Shown here one piece after another: positions 1 to 12,279 of a stretch of 64,000 bases of DNA. Source of the DNA: Eledone cirrhosa (Eukaryota). Each line of letters starts with the position of its first letter. The first letter of the stretch is position 1. The stretch spans positions 287,494,001-287,558,000 of the forward strand of contig OZ024743.1 of assembly GCA_964016885.1 (NCBI GenBank), given 5' to 3'. Position numbers and translations under genes: made by a program. The notes below the pieces were generated by a model. That model had not been told where the DNA came from. It searched no databases and worked only from the letters and a program-made list of their open reading frames with translations.

Positions 1-2163
<2,163 letters not shown>

Positions 2164-4261
2164 ATCATCATCATCATCATCATCAACGTTTAACGTCCGT
2201 GTTCCACGCTTGCATGGGTTTGGACGGGGGTAGTCCCACTTGAGGCAAGAGTGATTGTCTTGCTCGCATAGGACTGTCTGCAGGTTTTCTACAGTTGGAT
2301 GCCCTTCCTAACACCAACCACATTTACAGTGTGGGTCTGGGAGGTTTTTACCGTGTTGCCTACACGGCCACATTACAGCGTGGACTGTGTGTTTTTTTGT
2401 CGTGACACCTACACGATCTCATTTGTTTCGGCCTCGATCAACATAACTTTACATAGAACGGGGTGGTGTGGATCGGGTGGGGGTGGGGGTGGTGGGACGG
2501 GGTGTATTTTGTTAGAGATGCCTACTGGCTGGAGTAGGTTTTACTATATATTTAGGTAAGGCGGGTCTTCTCTGTTACTGAGTACCGCCAAAGGTCTCGG
2601 TCCAGTGACATTGTCTTGGAGAGGTGTAAGTGTGTGATGTCGGAGTTTATCAGCTCGTCCCAGGTTTTTCTAGGTCTGCCTATTCCGTGACTACCGTCTA
2701 TCTTTATTGCCCTGCACTTTGTTATACAGCTATCGACTTTCATGCGCATCACGTGTCCATACCAACGTAGCCTTCTCTCGAGTAAACAACATCTGATCCC
2801 TCTTATCTCTAATTTATTCCTTAGTTCGTTTATGCTTTGCCGTTCACGTATATTACTGTTACACATCCAGCGGAGCATGCAAGCTTCGTTCCTCTCTAGT
2901 CTGCGTATATCCTCTGCACACAATGCCCAGGTCTCACTGCCATGCAGCATTGCTGTTCGTATGCAGGCATCGTACAACCTGCCTTTCATTTTTAGTGAGA
3001 ACCCTTTAGCAGCTAATAGTGGTATAAGCTCTCTGAACTTTTTCCAACCAGTTCTGACTCTAGCTACAGTACTTTCAGAGCACCCTCCCCCACTGCTGAT
3101 TTTATCGCCCAGGTAACGGAAGCTGTCCACTATTTCTATAGAACCCTCTGCGCAATTGAAAGAGCTAGTATTTTGTGGGCACTTGCTGCTACTTATTGCA
3201 CCAGAGCACCGGCCACATGTAAAATCTATGTTCTTAGTTAGCTTACCTGTGATCCCACTACATCTTTTATGCACCCATACTTTGCATTTAGGACATAAAA
3301 TGGAGTTTCTACCTACGCCTTTCCTACACACCGAGCACGACCATTTCCCCGAAGGGACCGCCGCCTTGTTTTCTTTCCTACAAACTAGTACTTTGGTCTT
3401 AGCCAGGTTAATTTTAAGTCCTTTTGACTCTAGGCCGTGCTTCCATGTTTGGAATTTCTTCTCTAGCTCGGCCATTGATTCCGCTATGAGTGTCAGGTCG
3501 TCTGCGTATAGGAGTTCCCATGGGCAGCCTGTCTTGAACTCCTCTGTTATAGCCTGAAGGGCAATAATAAATAGTAGTGGACTGAGAACAGAGCCCTGAT
3601 GGACGCCGACTTTTACGCTAAACTCTTCACTATATTCGTTGTTAATTCTAACCTTGCTGACTGTTTCTTTATACATGGCTTGTATAGCCCTCACAAGCCA
3701 TTCGTCAACGCCTAGTTTTCTAAGAGCCCACCAGATAATGGAGCGGGGGACTCTGTCGAAGGCTTTCTCCAAGTCGACAAAAGCTAAGTAGAGGGGTTTA
3801 CCTTTAGCTAGGTACTTCTCCTGTAGTTGTCGTACTATGAAAAGAGCGTCTGTGGTACTTTTGCCTGACACAAACCCGAACTGCATTTCATCTAGGTCAA
3901 TTCTCTCTCTGATTAGTTGCGCTATTACTCTTTCCGTGACCTTCATGACCTGGTCGATTAATTTAATGCCTCTATAGTTACTCCTATCTAGGGCGTCTCC
4001 TTTACCCTTATAACAGTTAACGATGATGCTGCTCTTCATGACCTGGTCGATTAATTTAATGCCTCTATAGTTACTCCTATCTAGGGCGTCTCCTTTACCC
4101 TTATAACAGTTAACGATGATGCTGCTATGCCAGTCCTTCGGAACAACCCCGTTCTGTACGACTTGGTTAACTATGCGGGTGACCATGGTGTGTCCCACCG
4201 TGCCAGATGCCTTCAGCATCTCAGCAACTATTTCCGAAGGCCCCCGCCTTACCAGTCTTCA
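2164..4261 (-). mobile_element. 5'-truncated RTE-clade LINE (RT, PHD-like finger, C-terminus, 3'UTR, (TGA)n tail)
   Basis: ORF 2552-4219 has non-LTR RT motifs (FVDLEKAFD, GVHQGSVLSPLLF, LLYADD, FRYLG) and an RTE-type C-terminus (RRLRWYGHV, GRPRKTW). (TCA)n at 2164-2183 is the tail. The 5' end is truncated in (TA)n. Confidence 0.93.
2552..4219 (-). CDS. RTE LINE ORF remnant: reverse transcriptase with Cys/His finger, 555 aa, with a 31-aa internal duplication
   Basis: RT motifs as above; CSVC...CPKCKVWVHKRC...FTCGRC finger. Confidence 0.85.
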   Translation of the reverse strand: MLKASGTVGHTMVTRIVNQVVQNGVVPKDWHSSIIVNCYKGKGDALDRSNYRGIKLIDQVMKSSIIVNCYKGKGDALDRSNYRGIKLIDQVMKVTERVIAQLIRERIDLDEMQFGFVSGKSTTDALFIVRQLQEKYLAKGKPLYLAFVDLEKAFDRVPRSIIWWALRKLGVDEWLVRAIQAMYKETVSKVRINNEYSEEFSVKVGVHQGSVLSPLLFIIALQAITEEFKTGCPWELLYADDLTLIAESMAELEKKFQTWKHGLESKGLKINLAKTKVLVCRKENKAAVPSGKWSCSVCRKGVGRNSILCPKCKVWVHKRCSGITGKLTKNIDFTCGRCSGAISSSKCPQNTSSFNCAEGSIEIVDSFRYLGDKISSGGGCSESTVARVRTGWKKFRELIPLLAAKGFSLKMKGRLYDACIRTAMLHGSETWALCAEDIRRLERNEACMLRWMCNSNIRERQSINELRNKLEIRGIRCCLLERRLRWYGHVMRMKVDSCITKCRAIKIDGSHGIGRPRKTWDELINSDITHLHLSKTMSLDRDLWRYSVTEKTRLT

Positions 4262-4305
4262 TATATATATATTATATATATATATATATTATATACATAT
4301 ATATA

Positions 4306-4352
<47 letters not shown>

Positions 4353-4449
4353 ATATATGTATATTATATATATATATTATATATTATATATATATATTAT
4401 ATATTATATATATTATATTATATTATATATATATATATATAATATATAT

Positions 4450-4672
4450 GTCTACATCTAAGGCGGGTAAAATTCCCTAGATCCATGGACGAGTTCTCTC
4501 CAGCCGTCTCTGTCCCTCATTATCGCTGCCATGTCCTGCGTCTCCAACAGACCAGTGTCTGTCCATAGGGCATCAAGATACATCAACCTTGGTCTTCCTC
4601 TTCTAGTGTGTCCATGTAGGGGCTCCCAAAGAAGCACTGAGTGCAATGTCAACTCTGGATGTTGGTGAGCAT
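4450..4672 (-). mobile_element. 3' fragment of a second RTE-like LINE family
   Basis: LLWEPLHGHTRRGRPRLMY..RDGWRELV C-terminus. Its 3' end (GAGAGAACTCGTCCATGGATC) matches 14078-14112. Confidence 0.75.
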
Positions 4673-4784
4673 ATATATGTATATATGTATATTATATCTA
4701 TCTATATATATATATTATATATATATATATTATATCTATATATATATATATATTATATGTATATATATATGTATATTATATATA

Positions 4785-4830
<46 letters not shown>

Positions 4831-4952
4831 ATATATATATATATTATATATATTATATATATATATATATATGTATATTATATATATTATATATATATAT
4901 TATATATATATATTATATATATATATTATATATATATATTATATATATATAT

Positions 4953-4999
<47 letters not shown>

Positions 5000-5003
5000 T
5001 ATG

Positions 5004-5068
<65 letters not shown>

Positions 5069-5103
5069 ATATATATATATGTATATTATATATATATATT
5101 ATG

Positions 5104-5135
<32 letters not shown>

Positions 5136-5177
5136 ATATTATATATATATATATATTATATATATATATATTATATA

Positions 5178-5267
<90 letters not shown>

Positions 5268-5268
<1 letters not shown>

Positions 5269-5965
5269 TGCCTCACAACTCGAAAGTGTTTTCTCGTTAT
5301 TTCCTGAGCTGAAATTCGATTCTCGCTAATTTTTACTTGTATTAATCTCCAGAGTCTAGCTATTGGCCAGTTAATTTTATTGACTGGTTTTGGTCTACTC
5401 TATTGACTGCCGAATAGCTTTGTTATATTTAACCACTCTGTCGAGAGCTTCATTCGATTTGTGATATTTTGCATTATCGCAATATTATACACAGATGAAT
5501 TCAATCGCCTAATTTAGGTGTTGCCTCCCTTGCTGAACCCCACGTGGGGTCAGTTACAGACACATCTATGTGTACTTTCGAACTGAATCCCGTTGACAAC
5601 GTGTACTCCTAGTTCAGTCAGGATACGAGAAACTTAACATCCTTTATGTAAGTGGACAGTAAATGACTTATGGAGCCGCAGAAACCCCAACACTGGACTT
5701 AACCATCATTCCAGGGGTCCGGATGAGTATCAAACATTTATATTTTCACATATTTTTATATCTGTATATCTGTTTGACCCGAAATAGGAGATCAAATCTT
5801 CGCTGTGCGGATGATTAGTTTAACCACCATCTCAGTGTGTTTGGCCTTTAACGTAAGTTGTAAGCTCTAATTCATTTGAATTATTGAGCGCTTGCCTCAC
5901 AACTCGAAAGTGTTTTCTCGTTATTTCATGGGCTGAAATTCGATTCTCGCTAGTTTTTACTTGTA
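5268..5965. mobile_element. Non-coding partial-tandem element: 624-bp monomer with about 74-bp terminal direct repeat, flanked by (TA)n
   Basis: 5268-5341 is nearly identical to 5892-5965. A diverged reverse-complement copy of the end lies at about 29511-29598. Confidence 0.75.
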
Positions 5966-6532
5966 TATATATATTATATATATATTATATTTGATAGTTT
6001 GTATAATTTTGTATAATTTTGTACATAGATCTGTTGAGTATGCATGCCAATTCAAACACATATATGTCCTAGAAACGATCGTTAAATAATGAACTTTTTT
6101 TGTTTAATATAAGGAACTGTTTCATTGTTTTATTCATTATTTTTTTAATGCTTTATCTTGACTCTGTATTCCGTTTATCTTTCACCGAAAGTGATTTTTG
6201 AATGCATCTCTTCTTTCCATGATATCCGGATTACATTGAGTTCTTCATACGGATTGGGACACTACCGTAAACTCTTGGTAGATTTATCTACATATATATA
6301 TATATATATATAATATATATTATATGCAAAGTTTTATTTAAATTGTTGGGTTAACAACGAGTAAATATTTATAACTGATATAAAAGCACTCAACAAGTAT
6401 TTGAAGTATATTTTTCTTTCTTTCTTTTTATAACTGTCCCTAATATTTTTTCACTACCAAATCAACTTTTCAAATAGAAGTCGAAGTTGAAAGGTATGTC
6501 GAATCTATCTATTTATAAGACTGTTTATATTG

Positions 6533-6599
6533 TATTTTGTCTGAGGAAGGCATAGCATATTTTTAATATGATAATCCCTGAAATATATATAATGAAATA
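6533..6599 (+). ncRNA. Candidate minimal type I hammerhead ribozyme (solitary, PLE pLTR relic)
   Basis: TATTTTGT-CTGAGGA-AGG..CCT-GAAA-TATATA-TA-ATGAAATA. Stem I pairs over 8 bp with two G-U pairs, and the stem III loop is palindromic. Confidence 0.5.
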
Positions 6600-6676
6600 A
6601 ATATGGTTTTATAAATATAGTTTCCATTTATTTAATATCGTATAATATATATTATATATATACATATATATTATAT

Positions 6677-6766
<90 letters not shown>

Positions 6767-6774
6767 ATATATTT

Positions 6775-7225
6775 ATTAAAATAACAGATTAAAGTTTAAG
6801 CAAAGAATCGCTGCTTTCACCTTTAACAGGATCTTCTGAAACTAACAAAGTCAATCTGTAAACGCAGAAGTGGATATTTCAAAAAACGTTGCAACCGGAG
6901 GAAGACAGGAAGACGATACTTTGTTTCGTGGAAACGTTCCCTGGCAAAGAACGGGAAAAAACGTATATAATACGTCATTAGTATGAGCGGTGAAAAACAA
7001 TTACACGCAAAGACAGAACCACGTTTATGATATAAAAGAGGTCGTAGACTAATGTTCTCTTAGGTGGTTCATTGAGACGTTCTCTGGCAATGAACGAAAA
7101 AAACGAAGATAATACGTCATATGTGGAGCGTGGAGAACAATTGCCCGCAAAGACAAAACCACGTAAATGGTATAGCTGAAGTCGTAGACTAAAATTCTAA
7201 CTAGGAGACCGAATGAATCTCCGCT
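6775..7225 (+). repeat. Interspersed non-coding repeat family (also about 8700-8878 -, 28615-28775 +, 34630-34835 -) with an internal ~130-bp degenerate duplication
   Basis: Shared GCAAAGAATCGCTGCTTTCACC...CGCAGAAGT...GCAACCGGAGGAAGACAGGAAGACGATAC block. Confidence 0.8.
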
Positions 7226-7789
7226 TCAGAGTTAAGAACAAAGTAAATAAATACAATACAGAGGTAATAGAAATTAAATAAATACATACACGCATACAAA
7301 TACGTACATACACAAGCATACGCGAAAACACTTACCATAGGTATACAAAACCACACACATATAAATATGTGTGTGTGTATGCGTGTATACAAATAAATAA
7401 ATAATTAAATAAACGTATATAAATAAATAAATACGTATATAACAAGCACACACACATACCTACATGTAAATACACAAATGTTCGGAGACGTAAGTCAACC
7501 AAAACATGAAGTACACATATACACACACCCTACATACGTACGAACCTGCATACTCACACAGACGCAAAACACCCGTATACACATAACCAAACCATATGTA
7601 CCAGGAAATATAAAATTATACGCCATAATATATACAATCTAATATACGTACGAGACGGTATACGTACCTTCACAAAACATACAGGTAATATATACTTACC
7701 TATGCAAATAAGTAATGGTATAAACAAAACATATACTTAGCTACCACATCAAGACGTAAAATATCCACGTATAGATCGTACTATCCGTT

Positions 7790-8300
7790 AGGGTATAACG
7801 TGGGGCTGTAATACAGGAAAGTTTTGTGCAATTTATGTTTACAAGCCGAAATTGCCTCAGATTTTTTGTTTAAGATGTGGTCTGTGGCGTAGAGTATTTC
7901 CAGGGCCTCAGCGGCGCAGAGGTCACATTGTCTTTTATTTCCGTTATACGATCCAGCCTTAGCTAGGATCTCCTAGTGTAACTTATATTGGGTGTGGTTG
8001 TCTTTTAGACTCCAGATATAAGCTGAAAGTGACGTCATATTCCTTCTTAGAGGGTAACGAAAAGAATGGGTATGCATGTAAAGACGCTACTTGAATCTAT
8101 TGGCGGTTAACCCTATGTAGGCCCTACGGGACGTGGGTGTTTCAACCTTACATTTGTAGACAATGTTACTAGAGAGGCATTTTCCGGATAGGGGGCAATC
8201 AACCCGATTCCTATAATTACAGTTAGTACTAACTACAGGGTTGCACGTGTTCCTACGGCTAGGTAGTTTAGCTAAATTTGAAGCTGTGATGTTATGTGCA
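7790..8300 (-). pseudogene. Naiad-type Penelope-like element, C-terminal GIY-YIG endonuclease fragment (in-frame stops)
   Basis: Manual translation: CNYRNRVDCPLSGKCLSSNIVYKCKVETPTSRRAYIGLTANRFK*RLYMHTHSF...LSAYIWSLK...CDLCAAE...LNKKSEAISACKH. Not in the ORF track. Confidence 0.8.
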
Positions 8301-8454
8301 AGGTTAGGAGTCGTAGAGTAAGAAATTTTAATAGTATTTCTATTAAAAACTTTACTATATTTATGTGTAGGGGGCTCTACGGTTCTTATATATTTGATAT
8401 ATATTTATCCTTATCGAGCTCTCTTTGGATTTTAGTCTTCAAATTTATTATTAT

Positions 8455-8503
<49 letters not shown>

Positions 8504-8876
8504 ATATACTATAAAGCTGACGGCCGTATGTAAGTAACAAACTTTCCGCCAAGCGGCTGGACCAAAAAGCACCAAATTTGCACCATAGATGTAACTTTTT
8601 CCAAATAAGAAAGTGAGGGTATTTTTGTCTACTGAATTTTGTTAAAAGATTAAAGACATTATTTAAATATTCACTTCTTTAAAATTTTCAAATGTCAACA
8701 CTTCCGGTCATAAGACATTCCTAACGTCTTTACGAACCAAAGTATCATCTTCCTGTTTTCTTTCGGTTGCAACGTTTTTCGAAATATTTACTTCTGCGCT
8801 CACATATTGATTTTTTTAGTTTCAGAAGATCCCGTTAAGGGTGAAAGCAACGATTCTTTGCTTAAACATTAATCTG

Positions 8877-8925
<49 letters not shown>

Positions 8926-9100
8926 TATATTCGTGTACAGATATTTTTGCATACACAAAAACAAAATATAAACAAACGTATTTATTTCACGAAAGCACAG
9001 ACGGCTTTGTCATTGTTACTGCCGATATACCACCCTAAAAGTTCTAGCCTGGCCGCAAGATCAGATTTTCCAGAAGAAAAAATGTTACTAGAGCAACAGA

Positions 9101-9285
9101 GAGACTAAGCTTCACGATTGCCATCAACAAAGCTCAGGGTCAAACCCTAAAAGTTTCTGGCCTTCATCTGGGAAAACCATGGTCAATTGTATGTAGGATG
9201 CTCTAGAGAGCACGCCAAACAATCTCTTTATCTTTGCTCCCGAGAGATGAACAAAAAAATATTGTATAATCTGAGGTTCTAACAA
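9101..9285 (+). pseudogene. Helitron PIF1-like helicase C-terminal fragment
   Basis: RLSFTIAINKAQGQTLKVSGLHL..HGQLYVGCSR..KNIV. A Helitron-like 5' start (TACTATAAAG) lies at about 8507 and a CTAG-type 3' end at 10816-10839. Confidence 0.75.
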
Positions 9286-9975
9286 TGTAATTTATGTATT
9301 TTCTGTTACTTGGAATTTCCATTATGGTTGTACAAATTATTGTAAAATTTGTTAAACAATGTGTTGTTTGTTCAACCTTTATTGTTGTAACTATCAATTT
9401 TCTTTAACGTACTGGCTGAGAAAAGAAACCTACAATGAAAGAACATCTTAAAGTTTACCCAAGCCAAATGTATTTATTAACATTTTTATCTGCAGGTTCT
9501 TAGCATCTCATATCGTTTTTGATTGATATGGTGCATATAACGCAGCTATTCATATGTTTTAAACATTAGATAACGATTGCTGATGTATATTGTACGACAG
9601 AATTAGCTGAAAAATATTTTGAATGAAAAAATAAAAGAGATATAAAAGAGAGATGTTTGTTGGTTGGTTCCTTCGCGTATCACGAACAAAACGAAAAGTG
9701 ACAATCGGAAAGTATGTACAGGATTAGGATAAAAGTATATCCAGGAAAGTATATTGATACTAATTTTATAACACCAAAGATGAAGAAAGACATACCACGT
9801 ATGCTAACCAACCTGACTGCTATTTCTAGGAGGTTGGGAATCAACCATAAGGGATTCTCTGTGCGAGTTCGTTGACAGTGATGATCGTGTTTCGCGGCCT
9901 ATGTCTCCGATTCCAACGGTGGTTTACACACGCACACTCACACACGCCCCCCCCCCCCACATATATATATACGAG

Positions 9976-10007
<32 letters not shown>

Positions 10008-10014
10008 TATATAT

Positions 10015-10645
10015 GATCAGAGTTAACCAACAGGACCTCAAGGAAGTCGATCACTTCACCTATCTGGGCAGCATCCTGACAAGCAGCGGCGACGCGGAGC
10101 TCGACATCAACTGTCGGATCGGCAAAGGAGCCGCAGTTTTCTCGCGGCTGTGCCCAGTCTGGTCGTCTTCATGCATTAGCACCAAGACCAAGCTCCACCT
10201 GTACAAGAGCATCGTGCCGCCGACAGTGCTTTATGCGAGCGAGACCTGGAGGAGTACGGCAAAAATAGAGAGACGGCTGAACGCTTTCCACCAGCGGTGC
10301 CTGCGAAAGATCCTTCGTGTGTCTTGGCGCGACCGAGTGCGAAACGAGGAGATCCTGCGGAGAGCCGAGTCGTGGATGCTACAGAGAGTGGTCATGGAGC
10401 GTCGGTGCCTCTGGCTGGCCATATTCTCCGAAAACAGCGATGAACTGGACTCCGCCTGGTGGTAAACGGAGGCGGGGTTGCCCAAGGATCACCTGGCGAC
10501 GAACGTTCCGGAAGGACCTGACTGATGGCAGTCAACATCACCTGGCACGGTCTCGAAAAAGTTGCCGCTGATCGTGACCGTTGGCGTGTACCTCCTGCTC
10601 GATGCGCCGAACGGCGCGGAAGAATCTAAGATCTAAGACTAAGAT
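10015..10645 (+). mobile_element. RTE-like LINE 3' fragment with a short (TCTAAGA)-type tail
   Basis: EVDHFTYLGS..DINCRIGK..LYASETW..FHQRCLRKILRVSWRDRVRNEEIL, then KRRRGCPRITWRRT in another frame. Confidence 0.85.
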
Positions 10646-10854
10646 ATATATACACACACTCACACTCACACGCACACACATATATATACACAGACACACA
10701 CAAACATACGCACACACACACACACACAAAATACACACATACACTGTAAACAAGACAATGCATTCTATACAGACGTTTTCTCTTCTGCCGGTCTTCTCTT
10801 ATCATTTGTTAAGCTTGGCGAAGCTGGGTACTCAGCTAGTATATATATAAGACG

Positions 10855-10985
10855 TCGGATAGAATGCTTTACGGTATTCGTCCCACCTCATTGCACGCTC
10901 TGAGTTCAAATCCCGCTGGGGTCAACTTTGCCAATCATCCTTTCGAGGTCGATAAAAAAAAGTACCAGTCCAGTACCGTGTTGAT
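10855..10985 (+). mobile_element. tRNA-derived SINE with Meta-like core. Other copies: about 16490-16570 -, 18818-19000 -, 20712-20848 +, 40185-40405 -, 40975-41142 +, 46985-47062 plus 47455-47545 +, 49640-49780 +, 49795-50025 +, 53120-53300 +, 58225-58350 +
   Basis: B-box GAGTTCAAATCC followed by the conserved GGTTRACTTTGCCTTTCATCCTTACGGGGTCGATAAAATAAAGTACCAG core and a GGCCTTGTGCC..AGAAAC 3' end. The core naming is from memory of MetaSINE-type domains. Confidence 0.88.
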
Positions 10986-11181
10986 TCATCCTCTATGGAA
11001 AAAATCAGCTGTGTTCAGACCTGGAGAGGGTTGGACTCTGACAGGTTTTAAAATGCCCTAGAAATGCCGTATGACAGTGCCTCTACTTCTCCACAAGGAG
11101 TTATGAGATATTTATACATATATATTTCGTTTCTGAATTTGTTTAGCAAGATTCTTTATCTGAAAACGTGTGTTGAAACCG

Positions 11182-11450
11182 ATATTGTTATACTTTGGGA
11201 GGGTCATGTTGCCAATAAGAAACACACGCACCAGTTGCTTTCACTTCAATTTATTATAATAAATTTATAAATTTAGGAATTTATAAATTTCGGGTTGGTT
11301 GGTTCCACAACCAGATGGTTGTGGAACCAACCAACCAACCGGAAATTTATAAATTCCTAAATTTATAAATTTATTATAATAAATTGAAGTGAAAGCAACT
11401 GGTGCGTGTGTTTCTTATTGGCAACATGACCCTCCCAAAGTATAACAATA
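11182..11450. repeat. Near-perfect ~270-bp palindrome derived from a dispersed repeat (single-orientation relatives at about 42315-42420 and 32815-32860)
   Basis: Arms are reverse complements centred on CAACCAGATGGTTG (about 11308-11321). Confidence 0.92.
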
Positions 11451-11477
11451 AGTATAACAATATACATATATATATAT

Positions 11478-11755
11478 CCTCCTCCTCATCATCATCACCG
11501 TTTTACGTCCAATTTTCCACGCTAGCATGGGTTTTGACGGGTTGTCCTGTTGTGGGCGATATTGGGTCGGGTGACCTTGTCTTGCTCAGACGGGAACTGA
11601 TTCTGGCTTGATTTCTACAGCTGGATGCCCTTCCTAACACCAACCTCATTTACAGCGAGTGCTGGGTGCTTTTTTGTCGTGACACCACCACGACCACTTT
11701 GCAGGGGGGCATATTGTCTATATGCTTCAGCTTTTATTTGTTTCCATGGGAAGTA
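11478..11755 (-). mobile_element. RTE 3'UTR-only insertion (same family as 36174-36500)
   Basis: CACCGTTTTACGTCC..CCACGCTAGCATGGGTT..GGATGCCCTTCCTAACACCAAC, with (TCA)n tail. Confidence 0.85.
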
Positions 11756-11804
11756 AAAATTCTCGGTCCCACATAGCAGGTTACATAAATGTATTTATGA
11801 GTTT

Positions 11805-12022
11805 TATATCGAATATTAATAACAATATTCAATTCGTTTGCAAGGAAACAGCCTCATTACGTTATGTTTTTTAGATGACCATCAGCACGTGTTCGTTCTA
11901 GTTGACAGTTTTTCTATGCTACCGCTAGAACGATCAGATGACGATGGCCATCTAAAAAACCTAGCATTATGAGGCCGTTTGCTTGCAAACAAATCGAATA
12001 TTATTATTAATATTTGATACAA
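11805..12022. mobile_element. Foldback MITE-like element with ~90-bp imperfect inverted arms
   Basis: TATCGAATATTAATAACAATATTC...GAATATTATTATTAATATTTGATA arms, with an inner TCGTTCTAG/CTAGAACGA pair. Confidence 0.75.
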
Positions 12023-12049
12023 ATATCATAAATACATATACATACATAC

Positions 12050-12114
<65 letters not shown>

Positions 12115-12279
12115 TCATACATATAGATTTATTCGGAATTTTTTTGAGGAATTTGTCCAAAGACTTTTTGAATTTTATGGGATCTATTTCAGTTTTTATG
12201 TGTTTTGGTGTAATGTTAAAGAGAGCAGAACAGGTTTGCATCCAGCAGTAGTCTCCCGTTTCGGTTGGTATTGTCATGG

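Noticed and set aside
2742-3557. Antisense ORFs over the RTE, mariner, PLE and CRE coding regions
   Set aside because: They are shadow frames of the transposon ORFs.
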